Shown here: piece by piece, positions 27,189 through 38,444 of the stretch | Layout: every line of letters starts with the position of its first letter | Position numbering within the stretch: the stretch's first letter is position 1 | Source: Utricularia gibba | Lineage: Eukaryota; Plantae; Magnoliophyta | Assembly: GCA_002189035.1 (NCBI GenBank) | Contig: NEEC01000023.1 | Coordinates: forward strand, 806,001 to 870,000 | DNA: 64,000 nucleotides | Reading direction: 5' to 3' | The notes under the pieces: model-generated | Seen by the model: the letters and a program-made list of their open reading frames with translations, nothing else | The model's database searches: none | What the model was told of the DNA's origin: nothing | Position numbers and translations under genes: made by a program

Positions 27189-28572
27189 TTATTTATGTGG
27201 CTTGGGAACGCAGAGCTGGGTAGTTACATGAGGAGCAGATGAAGGGGCATGCAGAAATAGAACAACTGCAGAGATATCATCTACGGCTACCCCCTTCCTC
27301 TTCATCCTCCACGCCTTCACAGCACTCTCCACCAGCCGTTTCGCCGCTTTGCCGCGATCGGGTGTCGCCGATACCAGACTCACCGCCTCCTCATTCGATA
27401 TCACGTCCCACACCTGCCACATAACCAACCAGTCAATGTCTGGAATTCCTCACATCAAGCAACACAGACGCACCCACCCCATCTGTAGCAAGAATGATGA
27501 ACTCGTCTTTGCAGGTCACATGGATGTGTGCAACTTGAGGAAGTGAAATCAGCCCAAATTCCTTGAGACAGTGGTCCCCAAGAGCTCTGGACATCGCAAG
27601 CCCGGGTATCCTCGCGTTTGGGAGCCATACTCTGTGAACTCCTGGCTCCTCCCTCAGGCAGAACACTCGTCCGTTGCACTCTGATATCCGGCTGGCTTCA
27701 TCTGCAAACCCTCCATTCCATCAGGATGCAGTAAAAAAGTGTGATCCCTGTATGTATCCAAAGACTAACCAGGAAGGTCGGGCTTGAAATCAACTGTGAG
27801 CTGTACGGCCATCAAGTTTCCATCATCAGATGCTGTGCCCAGAACTGCACGTGAATCTCCAACATTTGCCACTACAACTTCGTCCCCCTGCAAGAAACAG
27901 ACACACCGAATGCTGTTTTCTCCCCATTCATGTTGAGCTTCAACTGTTGTGTTACCTGTCTAACAGCGGTCAAGGCAGTTGTTCCACTGTAGAAAGAATC
28001 CATCTTACGGTTCTGCGCGAGCTCCTTGTCCACGGCAGCACATGTCTTGATGAAAGAATGCCTCCACACATTGAAAACCATCTTCCCCTCATCTGATTCC
28101 AGACCAAGATCAGGATTCATTGAAGCTACTTCAGCAAGTGCTTCTTGCCAATGGCAGAGGAGAGCTCTCGGCATCGATCTCCGAACACATTTCGCAACGA
28201 AATGCCCCCAAGGTCCATGACCATCGAATACCCCGCAAAATACCATATCTTCCTGGCACCCAAAATCCTGCAGTGGTCAACAGGAAAGCAGATGAAATGG
28301 AAGCCCCTGTGCAAGTAACAACACAATCGTATCCTAACCTCCCAAACAATGCAACAATCTTGATTCACCCCCTTCTCTCCTCTCCTGGAATACACGGAAA
28401 CCAGATTCTTGATCCCTGAAGTCTTCAGTATCAGGTCATTTCTCTTTGCATCTTTTGCCATGGATTCAACTGCTTCTCTCCCATCACAGCTACTGCGAAT
28501 CCTCTTCTGACTTCCATTGATTGACAGGGACCTCGTGATTCCATTCAAGAACATCCATGTCATATGACCCAT
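27189..28572 (-). CDS. Protein phosphatase 2C (clade E, EGR-like), multi-exon
   Basis: MGHMTWMFLNG start, GEKGVNQDCCIVWE|DFG, FCGVFDGHGPWGHF, SGTTALT, GLAMSRALGD, FIILATDG|VWDVISN and DDISAVVLF. Confidence 0.93.
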
Positions 28573-29087
28573 TCTTCCTTTCCCCTGCATCAGCAGTGAA
28601 GAAAAAACCCAGTTATCCAGAATGCGGAAAAGAAACCCAAGTAACATTCTCCAGCTTACCTATTCTTATGGTACCCTTCCGAAAACAGATGAAAAACCAA
28701 CCTAATAACGCGCAAGGGCAAACGCAAACACAACCACTGTCGCTCAACTACTCCGTTCCATGGTCTCGGAGCCCAAAGCATAAAGCCCTAGAAAGAGGGG
28801 AAAAAGAAAGGTGCCTCAGCTATGAGGCGAAGGACAAAACAACGAGTACGCCGGAAAATGAGGGGCGGCAAAAAGAAGGAGAGTGCAGGTGGTTCCATCT
28901 CCATGTTCCGGAAGAAGAAGAAGAAGAAAAGAGGGGGGCGAGCAGGAAGTGTACGTAAAGGTGTGTGTATCATAATGTATTGTGTTGCCATATAAAAAGA
29001 GGAATTCGTGGTGATGATGCTACTGCCTACTAATAATTGTATTAAAAAAGTATTAATAATTGATGTTTATTCCTGGGGTTGACATCG

Positions 29088-29139
29088 GACACGCGTGTGT
29101 GTACGAAGAGGGAGTTCCAGCGAGGAGTAAGTACGTGTC
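29088..29139 (-). promoter_or_regulatory. ABRE plus CE3 coupling-element pair upstream of the PP2C gene
   Basis: GACACGCGT at 29088-29096 (reverse complement ACGCGTGTC, the CE3 core) and ACGTGTC at 29133-29139 (ABRE), about 520-570 bp upstream of the PP2C ATG. Confidence 0.5.
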
Positions 29140-30016
29140 AGGGGGACACGGCACGGCACGGCCCACGGGAGCAGGTGGCAATGTGGGCGGCGCCTCCCCT
29201 CCTATTCGTCAATCAATAATAAATTATGTGTTAAAATTAATATAAAATATAATTAAAAATGAATAACGTGAAATTAAATAAAAAATGATTTGTACACATC
29301 ACGCACGCTCGTTCGCCCGGCTGGAAATCAAAGTTCCAGGGGGACATCGCCCCAGTTTCCGGTGTGTTGTGGCAGATGCCGCAGGTGAGAACTTGTGTGT
29401 TGCATTCCCAGGAACAAGAATGAAAATCCTTTCTTGAAGGCTTTTCTTTTTTTGATTAGAAGAAACAAGTTGTCTTTGCGTTTCTGCCTGCCCTGCATAA
29501 TTACTTTTTGTTGCTCATTAATTAGGGACTGGGACTGGGACTGGGAGGCATAGAGGAATTAAATCATGGATGTAGCGTAGCAGCTGTGCTTGAATGCCTT
29601 TTTTGTGAATGCCGAGAGTTGAACGACATCTTGGTTGCTCGCTCGCTCGCTCTTGAGGTTCAACAATGGCTGACTAATGACTTCCCTCTTGCTGGTCACG
29701 GATTGATCATTTCTCATGCTGCTGATAAAGGGGGCCTGTGGCTGTGTAGTACCGAGAAGCCCCATTTCAGTTCAAATTAAGCTTTTGCTATCGTCTATAC
29801 TCCAAGTCCAATGTGCATGAGGAGGAGGAGTTTGTGAGTGAGGATGGGATTTCCATTCCCCCCCGCCACAAAAATCAATCATGGGGTTCGTATGAAGATC
29901 GTGATGCTTCCTTTTGCTGTTGTTTCAGATTTTTAATATGTGAAAACAAAGCTATCTGGAGCGCATCCTACAAAAGGCAAACCAATGAAAACACCAGGCT
30001 GCGCTGCTGCTGCCTG

Positions 30017-32442
30017 CTAATCCCTCTTTATTCTTGTTATTGATCTGTGCAGTTGCCATGTCCAGCCTCCCAGGAATATCACAAGTCCCGATCCAACACA
30101 CATCCAAAACATCACCAACCATCTGGGCATTGGATCATTAAACAGCCCTGAAACACACACAAAGACTACAGTTTCAGTTCGGTTCAGAATGAGGCCACTG
30201 CTCCGAACCAAACAAACACGGCATTACTCCTCTACCATGCCCAAACTTGATGCAAATCAGCAGCTCCACGATGCAAATGGCTAGTGAAAGCCAGCATATT
30301 GCTCCCACTTTTTTAACTGGTTGTCTGAATTGCCCAACACCAACACCAACACCAACACCAACACCAAACACAAGCAGTGAGTGAGTTAAGAGTTGCTTCT
30401 GGTGAGAGAGAACAACAAACAAGGAGGGCCAGTGTGCAGCAATATACATACCTGTCTTGGAGGTAAGAGTTGTATTCACGTATTGTTGGTAGCGCGATAA
30501 GCCACCATAGGATTAACCTGTATATCACCACAGGGTTGCGAGGTGGTATCCAGAGGCAGAACTTGAGAAAAAAAGTGTTGAGCTCAACCATCATGAAACC
30601 AACACACAGACTTAGAACTTGAATGAATCGCAGTGGGCCGAGAAAAGGATGCCATTCGTCTTTGTCCCACCGGGCAGGTGTGAACTGACTCAGTGTTCTC
30701 TTCACCTGAAAAAAACAAGAAGCTGCTAAGGATCAGCAGCTCCTGCAGAGGGACACAATCGAAACATCTCACTTTTCCAATGATGTTGGGCTGCCTGCTT
30801 ATGCCAACCCACTCATACGTTTTACCATCGAAGTAACGAACGGTGCGCATTCCCGCCCAGATACCTGTGAAAGATGACAATTCACATGCTTGTAGAAGAG
30901 ATTTGGAGAAACAAGTGTTCATTGTCCTACCAAACCAGTTGCAGACAAGTATGTCGAGAATGATGCTATCCCACCAGCACTCGTTGAAATTTGGCAACAT
31001 GTGGCGAAAGGTCAGCTGAGAGAGAACACAAGTTAAGACAAGTAACAAGAATGTCATGGAACTGAAGAGGAGGGAGGCTGACTCACCTCCATTAGCTCGA
31101 ACCCAATCGAAAGTACCCACAGAAGTGACTGGTTTCTGATCATAATGGCTTTCCCCCACCATCCAATTATATGAGCCAACACAAACTCATCAAAAAGTGT
31201 CTCCTGAACACAATATTCCACAAGGATGTTAAAGGGCCACAAGTGCTGAATCCAAATCAAGCCTTTGAAGGAGCAGATAACATACATAAACATTCTTAAA
31301 CCTGTTCTTCGAACTTTCAGGCACATATATTCGGCAATCAGTTCCATAAGATCTTTCAGGAAGCTCTGCATCCAGGAAGCCACCACAGCTAAACACAGGT
31401 ATAACAAAGACCACACTGATCAATGAAATTCATTACCAACTCCGAGGTCAGGATGAAGAAATTTCATAAATTTCCTAGCATCTCCACGATTCTGAAAATC
31501 AGAAGCACGAAGGTGATGCATCATAGTCCCATGAAACAAGTTACAGCAGGTGGTTTCAAGTTGAGGGTTATCTCATTTGGAGGTAGCCACTGCATCTTAG
31601 AATTTCATCATAGAAAACAAAAAAAAAAAAAAAAAAAAAAAAAACATCTTAGCCACTGACCTGAAAGAGCAAAAATGTCAATGCAACAAGATAAATAACA
31701 GCCATTCCATGAACCAGGCGCCATATTGCTGGATGCGGGCGGATAAGCAAGCTGTTCACACAATAGATGAAGCATGCTACATGGTAAACCAGAAATGCCA
31801 AGGGGAGGAACACCCCTGAATATCCAATACTAAGGATCACAAGGAGAATGATTTTAAAAAAAATGGAAAAAAAAGAAACCAGCATACGTCGATGGAGCTT
31901 GCAATAGACTGTAGGCCAGATAAACTGCAATCATTGCCCATATACCTCTGAAATGAAAGACTGAGAATGTTATTTTATCAACGAGTGACCAAAAAAACTT
32001 CAAAACTGAGATAGAAGCAGTGCTACACACCTTTTCACAGGGATAACTGAGTCGCTCTCTGAACTACCATCAGGATGAAGAGCCCCACTAGACCAACTGT
32101 GCAGAAACATTACAGGGTACAAATTAAATAAGGAAATACGCACCATTCTCACTTACAAAAAATCGCCTTTCAAGAAGGTAAGTATGCAAAAATGCAGCAA
32201 ATTTGCTTTACATGGAACATATAACAGAGGATTCAACAACTGATATGAACATTTGAGGCCCAAAACATCACTTACACGAGGAAACATGCACCAATTAGCA
32301 ACAAAGTGATAGTGTGGGGCTTGTACGCCCAGGCAGTCCATGGATCAAGTTCATCTTCCAGGTTCGATTTGCTCGCCTCCCCGTCCCCATTTTGGCTGAC
32401 ACTATCTTTCAGTTTTGCTCTAAGACCATCACTTTCTTCCAT
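30017..32442 (-). CDS. PSS1: Base-exchange phosphatidylserine synthase, multi-exon
   Basis: [88 protein letters not shown] and [17 protein letters not shown] at 32442, TAG at 30017-30019. Confidence 0.95.
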
Positions 32443-34032
32443 AGCCTATTGCATAGAATCGCCTGAGCTTCAACCGGGAGTCAGTCACAACAGGGAAACC
32501 ATGTAAAGAGAGCTTAATAAACTTTTAACACGTCTACTACTACTAATTGCAGAGGAGGGTCGTATCAATCTACAAATTCGCCAAACACACCACAAGAAGC
32601 AGGTTTTCTATTTGTTACATGTTAAACGCTGCTCAGAAGCATGCATACTGACCTGAGAAAGTAAATGGAACCGAAGAAACGCCCTCCAAGGCCTCACTCT
32701 TCCTCGGAGGGTTGACTATATAGAACGTACGACAGAGCTTTATCATAATGACAAAATGTAGAATGTTGAAAAGAAAGAATTAAATTAGGAAAAACAACTG
32801 TCATCAATTAGATACGGACTAAAAAGTGAAAACAGTGAAACCCGGAAGCCCCTTAAGGAAGAAAACAAGAATCCGAACCAAATTCCATATGCGAAAAGAG
32901 CAGGTTCGGAAAAGGGTAACCCCAATTAAACACAGAGCAAGACAAAACAGTTTTAGACTCTAACAGCAGCGGAGTAGCATGCCAACCTGTTGAAATCTAA
33001 CCAACTTTTAACGGAGGGGTAAAGTCCATGTCTCCATCATCCCTTTAATAGAACAACACGCAATAATGAGTGCGCAAAGCCATTTATTTCATGCAGAAAA
33101 AAAAAAGAATGAAAAAGAAAACAGAGTGAGAGTGGAAAGAAGCAGAAGTTCAAATGAGGAGGCCGGAAGGCAACTGCACGTTCTCTAAGAACCGATTACA
33201 TTTGTCACTACAGGCAGCAACGGGAGTTGTAAGAGAGAGCTAAGAACCCTCGTGATAACCGAAACGACTACCCCACCTATTCTCCATAGACAAAACAGGG
33301 GCCGGCGGGCTACATCTTCGAAAACAAAAAAGAAAAAGAAAAACCAGTGACAGCGATTAATCATGAGGAAATGATTAGTGACAGAGCGGTTCAAAGTACT
33401 ATTTTTTTCTTATTTTCCCTGACTCAACACTGATCCCAGGGGATGGGATGCCACTCTCATTGATTAAGCTCCCAAAAACAACACACAAACAAACACACGA
33501 ACCGGTTGCTTCGCCAGAGTACGTAAAGAAAACTCTAAACCAGGCCAAGATGCCAGCTTTCAACTCAAAGGAGCAAGGGGCTGTAATTATGGAAAGGCTG
33601 CGCGAAGGGAGCATGATGGGTGTGTAAATACGACGCAGTAGGTGCAACAAATACGGAGGGAGGGTGGGGTTGAGAGAGAGAGAGAGCAAGAGTGAGAAGG
33701 GGCGGGGGGGATTGGTAGGCTATTGCGTTGCATATGAATCGGAGGGATGGGGTTCCCTTCCCGAATGTCAGATTGATTTCCCTTTTGGGCGTGGGGACTC
33801 AACTCCGACTCCACTGGGGGACCAACGGCGAGCGCAGCGACGGAGGATGATGACGGTGGCATATCCACCGAGATGATTATTTGATCCTCCCTTACCCAAA
33901 TTACCTTTTTGCCCGTCCAACATTTTAATAATATCCACGATTGGTTTTTTTTTTTGTTTTCTTTAATAAATAAGAAAAAAAAAAGAATTGGAAGAAATAA
34001 ATGAGGGAAACACGCTGACGGCTGACGTGAGT

Positions 34033-34059
34033 CATCATCATCATCATCATCATCATCAT
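34033..34059 (+). repeat. (CAT)n microsatellite, with an (ATGCT)n tract nearby at about 34130-34152
   Basis: Direct reading of the sequence. Confidence 0.85.
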
Positions 34060-34745
34060 CTTCCCCATCTGCACATGCCTGCCAGACAAGTCACGCAGAG
34101 TACTACCTTTATTACAAAAGCTGGTGGTGTGCTATGCTATGCTATGCTATGCATCTCTCCGGCTTCCTCCTCCACAGTCCATTTACCAGTGCCGGGCGGG
34201 GCTGCCTGAGCTCGCGCCAGCGAGTGCTGCAGAGGAGAGTGTCTGCAGGTGCTGATGAAGAAGATCTCTTGAATTCCCTTGTTGCAATAATAGTGTTCCC
34301 AGACTTCGAGGTCGGTGACACGAGGGGCCCAATGCACAACCTGTACAAAGACTCCTTTATCAGATTCCATTTCGATGTAATGCGTTTCCCACGCACAGAT
34401 AAAGGCTTCTTCTATTCAACCATATTATACTCCTTTGGGGGAATACACCTGGCAAGAGCATGCACATGGCGGTGGCTCCAGAATGATGCAATAACTTACT
34501 TGCTGCGTACATTGATTCGCTCCACCAGTCTGATGGAAGAAAAAGGATAACTTGGTCATGTGATGATGGTGATCTTGCCCCTGCCGGATCCACGGGATAC
34601 TAATGCAGGAGCACTAGAGACATCTGGAGTCGAACAGCAGCCTAGAACTTCACCGACACATCTCCAAGACATGTGAGGCAGCAGCCGTTTCTATTGGGAT
34701 TGTATTAGGCGCTGCCAACTTCTAAGATGTCTCAACATATTATGC

Positions 34746-37700
34746 TCAATCTTCCCTACTCATCTTCAGCAACATCGAAATCTTGTTTAACATTATCATG
34801 GCTGGCTACACTCACTCCCAACAGCCATTGCAGAGCCTGAGCTTCTGCATCTTTCTCAGAGTGCTTCTTATTGTTGCCCGACTCTCAACATACCATTGAA
34901 CTCCACAGCTGACTGCTAGTGACCATTATTTAACTGCACAGTCTTGTAGCCAGGGAGGCCATGGCCTGCCCGTGTCAGCAATGTCTGTACTTGGCCCTTC
35001 GAGTTCTCCTCCCTAGGCCCAGTTACTGGATTATGCATCAATGCTGATGTTTCTTCATGAGCATCTGTTACTGTTGATAACTGACAGTAGTAGGTATGGC
35101 AAGAGTTGATGGTTTAGCATGAATCTGCCACTACATTCATCCCCCGGAAGGGGAAGGCGTAGAGCAGAACAAATCTCATGATATAACTGCAATGCCATTG
35201 TGGGGTTCAGGAGCTGCACATGACACACAGGAACGAAAACAGTTACATCTATAAGAATTCAAGACTCCGAAGAAAAATGGAATTACACTTGCAGTCCAAC
35301 AGAATTGACCCAAAGCAACTTTTGTTGCAAATAGATCATATGAAAACCCATCAATGATGAAGTGGGACGGCATGTCAAGGAGCTATAACAAGTTTAGCCA
35401 CCTTCGCGGTAATTAACTCATCAAGCTCTTGTCTCACGGTAAAGTACACTTCAGCTACTGAGGCTTCCATAAAGAACTCTAAGTATCAATCCAACATTTT
35501 TAAGTGGCTAAGCCTACGGAATGTAATGATTGAATCAATACTAAATGGTATGGAGCTTCTGAATTAATATAAAGGTCTAAAGATGTAAACTGGGAGCGGA
35601 AATCATTGAAGGAAGTTCAAGCAGATTTTCCCTGGTGATGTTTCCACCAAATAGGAGCAAGATTGAGTCAGAGATAGCTGTCGAATCCCACAGAAACACA
35701 CTGTTTACTTTGACTTTTTCTCGGAAAACATACCATGGATACGGCATTATTGACTGTCGTGTATTTACCGAGTTCTAAAAGAGATCTGAATAAAATGGTC
35801 AGTAGTAATATTCTTCAACCTAATTACCATGAAGAGCACTTTAAGCCTGATACTCACATGAGAAGATTAGCATGCCCATCTTCCATTGTTTTCAGCAAGA
35901 AAGATTTTTTATTGTGCTGCAATGAGGGCACAAACTTGTTAAAAAAACATAAATAAATAGAAACAACTTTTCAAGTAAGATAAATCACTCAGTTTTTCAT
36001 GAGAGAATAGTATGAGTAGAAGGGTTTTACATACAATGTTTTAAAATAAGTTTCAATCTGGTCGGTGAGGAAGAAGCTTTTTAAAATAATTAGGAGAAAA
36101 ACGAAAATGAGGAAAATGGGTCTTCGATATCTAGCTTTCAGAAAGGAAAGAAAAAAAAGGAAAAAATACCTTCATTTATACCCGCTCATGTATTTCATCT
36201 ACGATAACGTGTGTTATGCCCTTCAAGTTTCTGTCTACTAATAAGCAACGCAATAAAACTCCTGTTGTGAAGAAGAGAGGAGCAGTGTGCCACTTCGTTT
36301 CATGCCATCTAGACGTACTTTATACCCAACCTATGAGTAGGAGAGGCATAAAACATATTTGAATCATCATTTAAATGACAGGAAATTTTGTAATGTCCGA
36401 GAAGCTCACCATCTATCCCAACTCTATTGAAATCCTATCAGAAACAGATATCGCATATATTTTCCATGGCTGGGTACCTATTACATTGCACATGGCCCTC
36501 GAGATACTCTCACTCTGATTCTAAAATTTATTGAGGAATCTGAGTGGTCTTCCCACATCCTGTCTCACCATACACAATGACAACCTGAGAAGTGACGCAT
36601 CCATCAACCAACTGTGATTAAGACTGACATATGCTCATTATCCCATTGAAGAAGTGAATAAAATTAGAATGCAAAAATCTAAAACAGAAACATAAGAAAC
36701 CAAATTAGGGAGAAGAGCACAGCTAAAAGATAACTTCATAAAAACTCGGTTCCCAGGTGAGATTTTTGATAATAATACCCGCTTCTCGGAAATGGCTCTT
36801 AATAAAGAATTCTTCTCCTTGTGGGCAGGAAGACTGCAACGAAACTCCAACATTTTCTTTCCTTCAGGAGTATCCTGTAAAAATAGCAAGTTTTGTAGAT
36901 AAATGGCGAGCAAGTATAGCAGTTTCAAAAAAAAAAAAAAAAAGAAAAACCCTACAAGCTCTAGATCACGGACAAAGGATCTTAATTCCAATGACTTATT
37001 TATAAATCCGTAAATTCATCACTTTGACTCATTGCAGGCAGTGAAAACAATTTTATTATAGAAAGAATCATCACTAGCCAACCTGCCAACTGCGTTGCTC
37101 ATTTAGCATCTCTTGACTTCTTTTTGACAATATTTTATGAGCCTAGCTATGTGAAACCTAGCTATGTACTGACGCTCTTGCGTTTTCGAGATATGAAATC
37201 CTTGAGATAAAATTCCACACACCTAAACGAACCAGGAGCAAAATTACCGGAAATCTCAACATAAAACAAAATCAGTAACCATTCACAGAATTAGAGATGG
37301 ATCCGCTACCCAGGATTCTTAATGAGAAAACGACGTACACCTTAACATTCCCGGGAAACAAAACTGCGGTTTAAGAATTCAATTCATGGAATTAATGTTG
37401 CAGGCAAAGAATAGAAACACAAAGAGAAGCACTCGTTTCCATGTTTACTAAAACTCATCTAGAAATAAGATCAGGGGATTACCTCCCTTCTCGGGCACTT
37501 GTCATCAAGGTCAAAACGATAGTCATGAAGTGGAACTTTACTGATAGCAACTGCTTAGCATACAGCTTGCTGAAGAACAGTTACTTGGAGTTAGCCCAAA
37601 AAAGAATTTGAGCGCTGCATATATATGAGCAGATCACACCTATAGAAGCCAAGTCTGTTAGCTAAAGCTGCTAGTTGATGAAAACCAAGTCTATCTTTTC

Positions 37701-38063
37701 TCTCTCTGGATACTATCTCTTGATTGTTTTCATCGTGTGAACAAAGTCTCCAATTTCGATTCCCATACACAAGCATCTTCCCAGTATGGCTCGAACTGAA
37801 TTACGAATGAAGTGCAAACAACCATTATAAATAATCTCAGGGTGCCCCAACGTATAACCGCGAAATGGAAACACGCAATGAACTGTAACACATACCTACA
37901 AATGCAAAAAGTTCAAGGACGGAAGGAACGGGAAGAATCAAATAATTTTTCGTCACATTTGCATTTGACATTCGAGCACTCAGCTGTCGAATGAGTGGCG
38001 CCGGAGGTAATCCCCGAAGCTACATTCCCGCTGACAGGAGAAAAAAAACAGCCGATCCTTTAT
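34746..38063 (-). pseudogene. DExH-box ATP-dependent RNA helicase pseudogene (DExH3/DExH5-like) with nonsense codons, frameshifts and a large internal deletion
   Basis: Remnant exons appear in family order: QEIVSRERKDR, SKVPLHDYRFDLDDK, DTPEGKKMLEFRCSLPAHKEK, Walker A GETGCGKTTQIPQ* (36543-36569, TAA at 36528-36530), [18 protein letters not shown] (DEIH at 36188-36199) and FLLIILKKLLPHRPD. It then jumps directly to the C-terminal [45 protein letters not shown] and dsRBD NSKGQVQTLLTRAG..AEAQALQWL. The 5' boundary is approximate (ATA in place of the expected ATG in I-K-D-R at 38061-38063). Confidence 0.92.
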
Positions 38064-38444
38064 TTTCAAGGACCACCGCGGAAGCGTGGGTCGCAGTTCG
38101 AGGGCGAAATGGGGGTTCCGAGTCGTAAAACAAAGAGATGATGTGGTAAATTGAACAATGAAGGCTCTTAAGTGCTCGAAAGTGAAGCACTGCTGATGTA
38201 CCATTCACGGTGACGGTTGCTCACTTCGTGTCGCCCAAGCTTTTCGCCGGCGGTAGGCGCGTATATTTAATAAATAAAAAAATAAATCTGATGCCAATTC
38301 CGAAGAACTGAAAAATCGTAATTTGCTTGCAAAACCCTAGTTTTCTACATCAGTTCTGCTCCGAGAGCTTCTTCCAGCATCGGGAGTTCCGACTCATTGT
38401 TTCTGTCGCCTGCGGCTGATGCGCTTGCATTTTGAAATCTAACG

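Noticed and set aside
34172-34200. PPGTGK Walker-A-like motif in ORF 34137-34370
   Set aside because: It is followed by W rather than T/S, has no hydrophobic beta-strand before it, and no other helicase motifs are nearby.
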